From Nostoc punctiforme PCC 73102 (GTDB lineage: Bacteria > Cyanobacteriota > Cyanobacteriia > Cyanobacteriales > Nostocaceae), in NCBI RefSeq assembly GCF_000020025.1, contig NC_010628.1:4920001-4952000 (forward strand): 32,000 nucleotides of DNA, written 5' to 3'. The position numbers and the translations under genes are program-made. Positions 19,101 to 28,001 of this stretch are shown here, one piece after another (the first letter of the stretch is position 1; every line of letters starts with the position of its first letter). The notes below the pieces were generated by a model that ran no database searches, was not told the DNA's origin, and saw only the letters and a list, made by a program, of their open reading frames with translations.

Positions 19101-19256
19101 GGCATTGGGAATTGGGAATTGGGCATTGGGAATTGGGCATTGGGAATCCTTTCGGCTTCGCTCAGGGCAATTGGGAATTGGGAATTGGGCATGGTTATTT
19201 TCCTTGTTCCCCTTGTTCCCCTTGTCTCCCTTGCCCCCTGCTCCCTGCTCCTGCCT
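19101..19256. repeat. Compound STRR-type tandem repeats: GGVATTG heptamers, interrupted by a 19-nt insert, then CCCTTGT/CCCTGCT-type units
   Basis: The heptamers ggcattg ggaattg ... run from 19101 to 19147. The insert cctttcggcttcgctcagg lies at 19148-19166. Heptamers resume at 19167-19194, and pyrimidine-rich units follow at 19201-19256. Confidence 0.9.
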
Positions 19257-19377
19257 CTTCACTGGGCGAATAAATTTTAGCCTAGCTTGAGCATAGTGCT
19301 ACATTGCCGTTAACCTTTGCTAATTTTGTGGGAATACTATTTACTGTTGGTGTTGAGTTGTAGGTAAAAATTAGCCT

Positions 19378-19575
19378 ATGAATTTGCTGCGACTGAGAAT
19401 GCATCACTTAATCGAGCAGTTAGGTGATGAGGATTTGCAAGATATTTGGAATGTTCTCGAAGCTTTACATTGTGACTTTTATATGCTCAAAGCGATACAA
19501 CAAGTTAAGCGATCGCAGCAACCGTGGGATATCTTAACCCATGAAGAAGCGGTACGACTGTTGATGTTTTTCTGA
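19378..19575 (+). CDS. Putative antitoxin of a type II TA pair
   Basis: This is a 65-aa acidic helical ORF immediately upstream of a RelE/ParE-like ORF on the same strand. No known family was recognised. Confidence 0.45.
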   Translation: MNLLRLRMHHLIEQLGDEDLQDIWNVLEALHCDFYMLKAIQQVKRSQQPWDILTHEEAVRLLMFF

Positions 19576-19637
19576 TTCAGCAGCGCTTTCTTTTCTTGTG
19601 CCAGTGGCCCCTCAAGTTTTGGTTAAGGTAACGCCTA

Positions 19638-19895
19638 GTGAGTCTAGAAATGCGCTATGCAAGGTCTTTTTTGCTAGACCTGAAAAATTTAGAACCTGCT
19701 GCTTACGAGCGGGTGCATGATTTTGTCTTTGTTGAGTTAGCCCAAAAGTGGCAACTGAGCGATCTAAAAGAACTACGACAGCTTGATGGTGAAGGCATTT
19801 TTCACCGTTTCACCCTGGATAATTACCTGATTGGTATAGAAATTAGGGGTGAAATTGTGAAATTTCTGCGTGTCATTCCTATGCCAGATGTTTAA
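19638..19895 (+). CDS. RelE/ParE-like type II toxin
   Basis: This is an 85-aa ORF with a GTG start at 19638; ATG 19650 (MRYARSF) is more likely. Its layout F..DLK.L......R....V...........LK.L......FHRF.L.NYLIGIEIRGE.V.FLRV resembles the RelE/ParE fold pattern. Confidence 0.55.
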   Translation: MSLEMRYARSFLLDLKNLEPAAYERVHDFVFVELAQKWQLSDLKELRQLDGEGIFHRFTLDNYLIGIEIRGEIVKFLRVIPMPDV

Positions 19896-20006
19896 AGTGA
19901 AGAGTTCAGGGAACACTTAAAACTGTAAACTGTATAAGGCTAGGCAGGGATCGCTACAACCTTACATTAAACTGGTTTTGAAAAACACTTTATTTGAGAT
20001 TTCCCT

Positions 20007-21593
20007 ATGGATGCTAGGGCACTTTGGCAACGATACCAAAACTGGTTATATTTCCACGAGGGATTGGGACTGTACTTAGACATAAGTCGAATGCGGTTCG
20101 ATGATGCCTTCGTGGAATCGTTGCAGCCGAAGTTTGACAAGGCGTTTGCGGATATGGCTGAACTGGAGAAGGGCGCGATCGCAAATCCCGACGAGAACCG
20201 CATGGTTGGACACTACTGGCTGCGAAATCCTGATTTAGCACCAACTCCAGAACTTACACAAGAAATAGTCCAAACCCTAGAACAAATCGAAGCCTTTGCG
20301 GAAAAAGTCCAAACAGGTGCTATTCATCCTCCCAGAGCAAGCCGCTTCACGGATATTATCTCCATTGGCATTGGTGGTTCCGCCCTCGGCCCCCAATTCG
20401 TCGCAGAAGCTCTCGCTCCTGATTTCCCACCTCTGAAAATTCACTTTATCGATAACAACGATCCGGCAGGTATAGATCGCGTTCTGAATCATCTGCGAAA
20501 TAGCCTCGCCAGCACTTTGGTTTTGGTAATCTCCAAATCTGGAGGAACACCGGAACCTCGTAACGGCATGATTGAAGTTAAAAAAGCCTACGCCGGACAC
20601 AATTTGGAATTTGCTCAATATGCGGTAGCAATTACCAGCGTTGACAGCAACCTCGATAAACTGGCCAAAGACGAAGGTTGGCTGGCGAGATTTCCCATGT
20701 ATGACTGGGTAGGAGGACGCACCTCCGAAATGTCTGCTGTGGGGCTAGTACCAGCCGCATTGCAGGGCATTGATGTTCGTGCCATGCTAGATGGCGCAAA
20801 AGAAATGGATGACGCTACCCGCGTCCCAGATGTGAAAAATAACCCAGCAGCCTTGCTTGCTTTGTCTTGGTACTTTGCTGGCAATGGAAAGGGTGAAAAA
20901 GATATGGTTGTCTTACCTTACAAAGACAGCTTATTTTTATTCAGTCGCTATTTGCAACAGCTGGTGATGGAATCCTTGGGCAAGGAAAAAGACTTAGACG
21001 GTAATGTTGTCCATCAAGGCATCGCCGTTTACGGCAACAAAGGCTCAACAGATCAACACGCTTACGTTCAGCAGTTGCGTGAGGGTGTAGCGAATTTCTT
21101 TGCTACCTTCGTTGAAGTGTTGGAGGATCGTCAGGGCCCATCGACTGAAATAGATCCGGGAGTTACATCAGGCGATTATCTTTCCGGTTTTCTCCAAGGA
21201 ACCCGACAAGCGCTTTATGAAAATCACCGCGATTCGATTACAGTTACCATTCCCCAAGTTAACCCCCGAACTGTAGGGGCATTAATAGCTTTGTATGAAC
21301 GTGCTGTTGGTTTATACGCTAGCTTGGTTAACGTCAACGCCTACCATCAGCCAGGGGTAGAAGCTGGCAAAAAAGCAGCCGCCTCCATTCTCGATTTGCA
21401 AACACGAGTGGTAGCAGTCCTGCAAAAAGAAAAAACTCCCATTTCTCTTGACGAACTCGCAAAGAAAGCAGGCGCATCAGACCAAATTGAGGCAATTTAC
21501 AAAATTTTGCGTCATATCCATGCCAATCAGCGAGGTGTGGTTTTGCAAGGCGATCTTCACAAACCCGGCAGTTTAACCGTTTCTGCTAGCTGA
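20007..21593 (+). CDS. pgi: Glucose-6-phosphate isomerase
   Basis: This is a 528-aa ORF. It has [34 protein letters not shown] and [19 protein letters not shown], the typical cyanobacterial PGI pattern. Confidence 0.95.
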   Translation: MDARALWQRYQNWLYFHEGLGLYLDISRMRFDDAFVESLQPKFDKAFADMAELEKGAIANPDENRMVGHYWLRNPDLAPTPELTQEIVQTLEQIEAFAEKVQTGAIHPPRASRFTDIISIGIGGSALGPQFVAEALAPDFPPLKIHFIDNNDPAGIDRVLNHLRNSLASTLVLVISKSGGTPEPRNGMIEVKKAYAGHNLEFAQYAVAITSVDSNLDKLAKDEGWLARFPMYDWVGGRTSEMSAVGLVPAALQGIDVRAMLDGAKEMDDATRVPDVKNNPAALLALSWYFAGNGKGEKDMVVLPYKDSLFLFSRYLQQLVMESLGKEKDLDGNVVHQGIAVYGNKGSTDQHAYVQQLREGVANFFATFVEVLEDRQGPSTEIDPGVTSGDYLSGFLQGTRQALYENHRDSITVTIPQVNPRTVGALIALYERAVGLYASLVNVNAYHQPGVEAGKKAAASILDLQTRVVAVLQKEKTPISLDELAKKAGASDQIEAIYKILRHIHANQRGVVLQGDLHKPGSLTVSAS

Positions 21594-21654
21594 TAGCTCT
21601 AGTATAAACATCACATTTTTTCCCTAATTGTTGTATCAGCAACAATTTTTGATT

Positions 21655-21702
21655 GTGAAGCATCCTAGATAAAAGTTTTATCTTTCGTCTAGGATGCTTC
21701 AC
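21655..21702. terminator. Perfect 15-bp stem hairpin downstream of pgi
   Basis: GTGAAGCATCCTAGA (21655-21669) pairs with TCTAGGATGCTTCAC (21688-21702) around an 18-nt loop. A weaker AATTGTTG/CAACAATT+TTTTT hairpin precedes it at 21626-21650. Terminator function is an inference. Confidence 0.5.
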
Positions 21703-21862
21703 TGTATAATTTGTAATTCGTAATTTGTAATTAAGTTTTATAACTTTAATTTAATTTTTTGAATTTTGACGCAGCTATATCGAGAGGCTCAGATGCCCGG
21801 TTTTTTATAAAAGTAGGGCATCTTTTTGTTCGTAACTCCTGCATGGATTGCTATATACATCA

Positions 21863-22525
21863 TTACGAATTAATACTTACCAAAAGGCGTTGATTAAAAT
21901 AGCCCTTGGGTAGAAAGCAGCGATCGAGTAAAAAAGGATTATTGGTATCTCCAAATAATAAATTACCCTGCTTCTCTCGATGACAGAATGGTGGCACAAT
22001 TCCCCAATCTTCTGCTAGCCAAATCCAGTATCCTATGTCAATTCTGCCATAGTTTGAACCTGTGAGAATCTCCCCAACGCTGTTGTTGATAGATACTATT
22101 TCTGGCGATGATTTGATTTCAATTAACAGCCAAGCTAACTCTTCTACAGAAAAGCTATAGCCATTATCAGCAGCTATGTTGACGAACTGCTGCGGATCTT
22201 TAGAGATGAGCAATTCTTCTTTGAGAGATGGCGTTTTTTGTGCAAAATCAAAAAGATCCCAAATCTGTCTTCTTGTAACTAGAAACCACGCAAGTTCTTC
22301 TGCCGTCAAATTGCAACCATTTTCTGTTGCTAACTTGAGAAATGGCTCAAGGCTATTGGTTTCTGCTAATTGACTTTTCAATTGGAAAGTTTGCTCTACT
22401 AACAACAAAAAATCAATAACCTTTTGCCATGTAACTTTGTCATAACTTTTATTAAATTTTATTTTCTCTTGCCAATAAATGTATTTATCTTCTTTAAGAA
22501 AGAAATTCCAAATTTGATAATACAT
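21863..22525 (-). CDS. Protein with two tandem Nif11-like domains and an unknown C-terminal domain
   Basis: This is a 220-aa ORF. Two internal repeats resemble the Nif11 N-terminal domain: SQLAETNSLEPFLKLATENGCNLTAEELAWFL and EELLISKDPQQFVNIAADNGYSFSVEELAWLL. Confidence 0.6.
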   Translation of the reverse strand: MYYQIWNFFLKEDKYIYWQEKIKFNKSYDKVTWQKVIDFLLLVEQTFQLKSQLAETNSLEPFLKLATENGCNLTAEELAWFLVTRRQIWDLFDFAQKTPSLKEELLISKDPQQFVNIAADNGYSFSVEELAWLLIEIKSSPEIVSINNSVGEILTGSNYGRIDIGYWIWLAEDWGIVPPFCHREKQGNLLFGDTNNPFLLDRCFLPKGYFNQRLLVSINS

Positions 22526-22903
22526 GGGTCATCTCACTTAAGTCTTAAACTTGGCACAGGTTGGTTATTAATGAACCCAGTGTAGTAAGTATAATCTGTT
22601 TCTTCGACAGTACTAAATCTGTTATATTATGTAAATGAAGTTACACAGCAGCTAAGTATAAAGTTTTTGTAAATTTTACTACTATAAATAGAACATACTG
22701 AGGAAAAGATGGAGAGAACGATCGCTGTGGTGGGTTGTGCGATCGCTCGTTATTACTTCTCATAAAATAAAATTAAGTCAATAGATAGTATTAATTATTC
22801 ATAAATGAATTAACCGCAAAACAGCTTGCACTTCAGTACTTGTAAACGAACCGCAGAGGCGCAGAGAGCGCAGAGGGAAGAAAAGAGATATATTTTACTA
22901 TCT

Positions 22904-23244
22904 TTAGTTAATAGATAAATCACGGAGGAAGTAAAAGCGATCGCTATTCCAATCACTGCCTTTTATTCGCCCTAAATAGCCTGTTAAAGGTGAGGAAAGC
23001 TCAATCAGAATTTCATGCATTTCTGCTGTTTTTATTGGCTGTGGCGGATGTGAGCCGAAATACGCACCATGTAGAGCTTCAACACCAGCAGATTTTATAC
23101 CTGAGTTTTCTAAATAGTTTTTGACAAGCTGGATAACGTGCGATCGCAACCTTATTGATTGTTCAACTTTATCGATATAAGTATTAATTTTATCTTCAGC
23201 TAAACCAAAAGGAGCTTGTTGTAAACACTCTTTTAGTTCTAATA
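22904..23244 (-). pseudogene. C-terminal fragment (about 112 codons) of the IS-disrupted nuclease gene
   Basis: The minus-strand frame is open from the IS boundary (23244) to the stop at 22904. It is in frame with 24251..25418 once the IS and one copy of the flanking repeat are removed. The ORF track shows only 22904..23149 from an internal TTG. Confidence 0.8.
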
Positions 23245-24244
23245 GAGTTGTCGGGAAATAAAAGATAAGTGAGGCAATGCTGGTCTTGTAATTGGGATTC
23301 TCTTAAGCAGCCATCAAGTAGAAGTTCCATAATCCTGCTGCGGTCAGCATCAAATGGTCATCAAAGTTTTCAATCCGATTACGATAAATGACACTGGCGG
23401 CGTTGTAGCGCTTCACACCAGCAAAGGCATTTTCGCAAACTACACGGGATTGACTCAATTGACGATTCTCCGTTTTTTGAAGGTCACTTAACTTGCCCCC
23501 TTTGGGCTTTTTGTGAGGAAGATGGAGATTGTCATACTGCTTCTGTAATCCCTGAAAGCCCGAGTCTACTTCAATCGGAATTTCATCAGGCACACTACCT
23601 GCAATGTCATCTTCGTCATGAAAACGTTTGTCATGCAGTTTGCCTTCTCGTGCTTTGCTTAAGATCAAGACCCGTTTGGTTTCATCAACTGCCGCCAAGT
23701 GTTTACGCGTATGACGTTTCTTTTTACCGGAGTAATTCTGTTGTTGTTGTTCTCTTTCTTGAGGTCGCGCAATTGGGCGTTCTGTCCCATCAATCATCAC
23801 TCGTTGCACTCCTGGAAAGCGTGACAAAAATGCTTCAATGCTTTCGAGATGGCGTTCCGGCAGCGCCATCTTCTGTCCCAAAGCCGCTTCTAATATTGGC
23901 TGCAATCGATGCATCCACTCATGTGCCTGGGAGCGATGCATATCAAAGAGCAGTCCCGCCACATCAAAGGTCGGATAACATTTGAAATAGAAAAGGATGA
24001 AAAACAATTTGTCTTGGGCTGTAAGTAAGCGGGCTTTGCGTCCTCCACCCAGGCCACGTTGACGAGGCTTGGCCTGTTGAGTATCTAGGTACATCGTGGT
24101 AAACGTGGGCAAAAGGGCATCAAATGCTTTCCGGTTCAACCCAGTTAATGCCCTCAACAGTCGGTCTTGCTTCAGCGCACCTTCAATATTCAGCATCATT
24201 CTTCCCTACCACTGCTGTCTATTCTCTCTTATTTCCCGACAAGT
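23245..24244 (-). mobile_element. Insertion sequence of about 1.0 kb, IS5/Harbinger-like (DDE_Tnp_4-type transposase)
   Basis: The terminal inverted repeats are GAGTTGTCGGGAAATAAAAGA (23245-) and the reverse complement of TCTCTTATTTCCCGACAAGT(C) (-24244/5). The core TTGTCGGGAAATAA is identical in both. The direct repeat (C)TAATA flanks the element at 23239-23244 and 24245-24250. A single transposase ORF lies inside. Confidence 0.88.
23303..24199 (-). CDS. IS5-superfamily DDE transposase (HTH_Tnp_4 + DDE_Tnp_4 type)
   Basis: This is a 298-aa ORF. It has LTAQDKLFFILFYFKCYPTFDVAGLLFDM (HTH), MIDGTERPI, YSGKKKRHTRKH, a second acidic block VDSGFQGL and the C-terminal CENAFAGVKRY (E). Confidence 0.88.
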   Translation of the reverse strand: MMLNIEGALKQDRLLRALTGLNRKAFDALLPTFTTMYLDTQQAKPRQRGLGGGRKARLLTAQDKLFFILFYFKCYPTFDVAGLLFDMHRSQAHEWMHRLQPILEAALGQKMALPERHLESIEAFLSRFPGVQRVMIDGTERPIARPQEREQQQQNYSGKKKRHTRKHLAAVDETKRVLILSKAREGKLHDKRFHDEDDIAGSVPDEIPIEVDSGFQGLQKQYDNLHLPHKKPKGGKLSDLQKTENRQLSQSRVVCENAFAGVKRYNAASVIYRNRIENFDDHLMLTAAGLWNFYLMAA

Positions 24245-25418
24245 CTAATAAGTTGATAGAATTTTTGTAGTGTGCTTGCAGTTCAACTAGTTTTTGTAGT
24301 GTTTCAGGGCTAACAATATTCATTTGATTTTCGGTAGCTGTTCTTAAGGCGTAAAAATTTAGTTCTCCGGCGGCTACAATTAATTTAATAGAATTGTCAT
24401 ACTGAAATTTACCAAGATGGTTCATACCTATTTTTAGTAACTGTGCTGGTGTACCATCAGTAACTTTCTCAGTTTTAGTTGCTTTGCACTCTCCTACTAT
24501 TGGATAAGGTTGTTCAGCGTAAAAATCCATACCTCCTGCGCCACCAGTTGCATCTGGATTCAAACCTGAACCTGTAAAGCCTAATTTTAGTAATCCTCTA
24601 CGAACCAATTTTTCAAATGTATGTCCATCGCTAGAGTTACCAACTTTAGCAATGTTTTGAATCCAAGGTAAGTCTGAATCTAATGGATTTGTTAGTTTAT
24701 CGCTACTCCAACCTAAAAATACTTTGATATCGTCGTCTAATTGTTTCGCTGCTGGTTGGCTAATGCTTAGGGATGCGATCGCACTCTGCAATTCTTCTAA
24801 TTCAGGATGTAGCGGGGGTTGTAGCTTTTCTAACTGGTGTTTGCGTTGGGCGAAGGTGCGATCCTTTAATACTGGCTTGTCTTCAGAAACATTGAGAGGT
24901 TGTGATAATGCAACAAACTGACTATTTGACTTTATCGGTACTTCAATTGATTTAGGCAACTCATATACTCGCAAATATGCCAAAAATATATTTTGCTTTT
25001 GCCTTAGTATTTCTTTTAAAGCTTCTGTTGTCCAAATAGTTAGCTGTGATAAAGCAGCGAAAGATTCTGTATTATTAATAATTTGGCATAGTTCGCACTT
25101 AGCCCAAGTTTTAATTAAAACTGTTTCATAAGCTAATATGGGAAGTTTTAACTGTTCCTCATCTATAAGTAAGTTCATTTGCTGAGGTTGTATTAAAACA
25201 CCCTGTATATTTAGTTGTGCGAATGCACTTTGAGCAATAGGTAAGAAACTTGAGCGATAGTACTGCTCAACTGGTAGTAAATTAATTGATGCATCTGATG
25301 GACAAAGAGCGAATTCTCGCCCCGGAGTAATAAATTTATTAGGCATTGCTGCAATTATTCTCCCTTGCAAAAATGCCTCAATTTCTGGTGCTGCTAGACG
25401 TAAAGCTGTATTAATCAT
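24219..25418 (-). pseudogene. N-terminal 391 codons of a roughly 502-aa protein with an Mrr-like PD-(D/E)xK nuclease core, truncated by the IS (last 8 codons and the stop are IS-derived)
   Basis: The ORF track gives 399 aa. The nuclease core at 24474-24629 reads DGHTFEKLVRRGLLKLGFTGSGLNPDATGGAGGMDFYAEQPYPIVGECKATK (D298...E310-x-K312). The C-terminal ..DLSGNKRE* is encoded by the IS inverted repeat. The N-terminal ~165 aa resemble DUF1802 from memory. Confidence 0.8.
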
Positions 25419-25423
25419 TATTC

Positions 25424-27283
25424 CTAAAATAAAGCACCTGAACTAACACTTCCTCCATCTGCAACCTCTGTTAAAGTGATATTAGTACTTTCAATTTCTT
25501 CATCAATTGCATCTTCAGGAACTTGCCCTGATGGGTCGCTGAGAATTTCACGAACAAGATAATTATCAATTGCTATCTGCTTTTGGTGAATAAAATCAAT
25601 AATTTGTTCTTCGCTTAACTCATCATCTTCACGACCTTTCATCACAAAATGTAATGCTAATAGTGGTTTTATATCTTCAGGTTTTAATAAAACCCATTCA
25701 CCACCTAATTCCTTTGATAAAAGCGTCTTTAAATGTTCTTGTGCTTTAGTAGCACCTTTATTAATTTGTTTAGAGCGAACTAAACAGCCACGAGTTACAT
25801 CAAAGTCTTTATAACGAATTAAGCGTTTCAATGTAGCTTGGACGAATAAGCCACCAGATTCTTGCAGAACAGCTACAGCAATTTTGACATTTTTACCATT
25901 TTCTGTACCAACAATTTTAAAATCAAGATAGCCTCTATCAACAGCTTTTACCTCAACATCGACAACTTTTTCTATTTTTACATTCTCTATAGTTTCACCA
26001 ATGACTGCATTAAATCCTAATCGGAGTGCTTGAGCAAGAGTTGCTTTATCCTCCATGTAATCTAGTATGGTAGTTTCTAAAGCAGATATTTGTTGATTAT
26101 AAGCAGGCTCTACAGGGTGTCTATCTATGACTATTCCAGGAAATTTAAAATTGTCAGCACACCATTTTAAAATTTTTCTAACTATTGGTCTTTCTTTACC
26201 TAATGCTCTTAACTTCTGTTCATCAAATGGGTAAAGTGCATGAGGAGGTGTTAAAGTATGTTCTTGATAAAACTCTTCAAGCCATCGAGAAACTAAATCA
26301 ATAACATCATCAGAATTGAGATACTTTAGTTCAATAACTTGCTCTCCAATTCTATCTACAACTGAATCAGCATTTCCTAATCTTTTAACTTCGTTAATCC
26401 AGTGATCAGGAAAGATAGAAGTTAGTAAAACGCCACGCTTAATTTTATCGCATAAGTCTTTAGCAAAAATGGCAGTTACTTGTCGTCCAGTATATCCTAT
26501 TTCATTACAGTGGTCAGTTTCCATTTCATCAAAACAAACTACTATTGGTTTGTAATCACCAATTAAGTTGATAATTTGCCGGGCTGTAGTGAAGGATTCA
26601 GCCTCTTTATCATCTGCACTCACATTGGCTAAACCCATTGCATCCGCTTTGACTTGTGGTAGACTGTTGCCGGCAAGCCATCTAATAGCAAAAATTTCAT
26701 AAGCTGGATCAGGAGATAGTGTCCATAAAATCGCTGTGATAATATCAGGATTTTCTAGATCAGGCTTGATACCAAGTACCTTATCTCGTAAAACTTCAAC
26801 CACCTTGGGATTTTTGACTAATGCTCCAGGAAACTGATTTATTAGCTGTTGGGCTGTATAGTTTTTGTTGAAAGCTTCATTAATTAAAGCTGTTGCTAAG
26901 TACTGCCATTGACTAACACCTTGACTCCCTATTTGTTTAAGGCTAGTGGCTAGAGTAGTTAAGAATTCTGCTTTAATACGGTTTAGGTTATTACACTGAC
27001 TCATATAGACAAATAAAGCGCTACCATCAAATTGTAAGCGATGGCGAATTCTGCTGATCAGATGGCTTTTACCTAAACCTCTTTCTGCTGTAATTGTAAT
27101 ACCAATTACTTTCCTTTGTCCGCTGTTAACTTTTTCAATTGCGTTATAAACAGCATCAGAAACATGAGAATTTAAAGATGGTACATCAGGAAAACCTTGT
27201 CCCCAAACATTCTGATCTCTAACTACTAAGCGTGCCTCAAATGGGTTGTGTTTGCTGATAATATTAATTAAATCGTTAGACAT
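25424..27283 (-). CDS. Uncharacterised P-loop NTPase (619 aa), middle gene of the candidate defence operon
   Basis: Walker A AERGLGKS lies at 27065-27088 (residues 66-73). The candidate Walker B IVVCFDE lies at 26525-26545 (residues 247-253). The stop is 5 nt before the ATG of the nuclease gene. The C-terminal ~350 aa have no recognised family. Confidence 0.8.
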   Translation of the reverse strand: MSNDLINIISKHNPFEARLVVRDQNVWGQGFPDVPSLNSHVSDAVYNAIEKVNSGQRKVIGITITAERGLGKSHLISRIRHRLQFDGSALFVYMSQCNNLNRIKAEFLTTLATSLKQIGSQGVSQWQYLATALINEAFNKNYTAQQLINQFPGALVKNPKVVEVLRDKVLGIKPDLENPDIITAILWTLSPDPAYEIFAIRWLAGNSLPQVKADAMGLANVSADDKEAESFTTARQIINLIGDYKPIVVCFDEMETDHCNEIGYTGRQVTAIFAKDLCDKIKRGVLLTSIFPDHWINEVKRLGNADSVVDRIGEQVIELKYLNSDDVIDLVSRWLEEFYQEHTLTPPHALYPFDEQKLRALGKERPIVRKILKWCADNFKFPGIVIDRHPVEPAYNQQISALETTILDYMEDKATLAQALRLGFNAVIGETIENVKIEKVVDVEVKAVDRGYLDFKIVGTENGKNVKIAVAVLQESGGLFVQATLKRLIRYKDFDVTRGCLVRSKQINKGATKAQEHLKTLLSKELGGEWVLLKPEDIKPLLALHFVMKGREDDELSEEQIIDFIHQKQIAIDNYLVREILSDPSGQVPEDAIDEEIESTNITLTEVADGGSVSSGALF

Positions 27284-27347
27284 AGATTTGAAGTAGTTGT
27301 GTATGAGGGTTAACAGAGAATTAGCAAAAATTACAAAAATTGGTAAA

Positions 27348-28001
27348 TTAGTTTAAAAGTTTGGCATAGCAACGTAGCCCACTGACTTCAGTAGTTACCG
27401 AATCTTCCAGTTTGCTTGGGTCATTGTCTGGTAAACTTCCACCTTGGAGTTGTAAAATATCTTTCTCCTGCATTTCCAGCAACCACTCACTGAAATCTTC
27501 GCGGCTCACCCGATCGCCTATTTCTCTCCTGATGCGATAAATTGGCACCAGATCATCTAAGTTATAGTTTTGGTTTAACTTGTCGTAGACTTCTAAAGCC
27601 ACTGATTTAAACTCTCCGTAAGATCCGATCGCACTCTTCCCATTAACTGGTACATCTGCACCAATTACCGCAACATCAATCTGACTAATCCACTTCACCA
27701 GCGCATTCGCCGCCCAAGTTCCCACAATCGTCCCTTCAAACTTAAACTTGCCACTTCTCAAACCCTCACCCAATACCTCTAAACCCTTGGGAGATGTCAG
27801 AGAATATCCTTTTTTGGAGATTGCGATCGCACCCTGATTCTGCAATTCTTCAAATGACCCCTGATAATCTGCTACCTTCTGGCTTTTGGATACAATTCGC
27901 TTAGTGAGTTGACCCTTTTTAACTTCCTGCTGCGTTCCTCCCAAATCCCACAAAGCCAAAAGGAGACGAGTGTTAGTTTGGGCTGTATTTTTGGATGTCA
28001 T
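27348..28001 (-). CDS. Small protein with winged-helix-like modules, first gene of the candidate defence operon
   Basis: The ORF track gives 27348..28022 from a TTG start. ATG at 28001 (MTSKNTAQTNTRLLLALWDLGG..) is more plausible and gives 217 aa. Helix-rich N-terminal (QLTKRIVSKSQ..ELQNQGAIAISKKG) and C-terminal (LVPIYRIRREIG..FSEWLLEMQEKDILQLQGG) segments look wHTH-like, which is an inference. Confidence 0.65.
   Translation of the reverse strand: MTSKNTAQTNTRLLLALWDLGGTQQEVKKGQLTKRIVSKSQKVADYQGSFEELQNQGAIAISKKGYSLTSPKGLEVLGEGLRSGKFKFEGTIVGTWAANALVKWISQIDVAVIGADVPVNGKSAIGSYGEFKSVALEVYDKLNQNYNLDDLVPIYRIRREIGDRVSREDFSEWLLEMQEKDILQLQGGSLPDNDPSKLEDSVTTEVSGLRCYAKLLN

Noticed and set aside
19099-19290. 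63-aa ORF ([15 protein letters not shown]...)
   Set aside because: It is simply the translation of the heptamer tandem repeats upstream of natC. Its periodic low-complexity peptide and lack of an RBS argue against a gene.
20014-20884. Minus-strand ORFs 19967..20203, 20014..20244, 20277..20618 and 20615..20884
   Set aside because: They are antisense shadow ORFs inside the unambiguous pgi gene.
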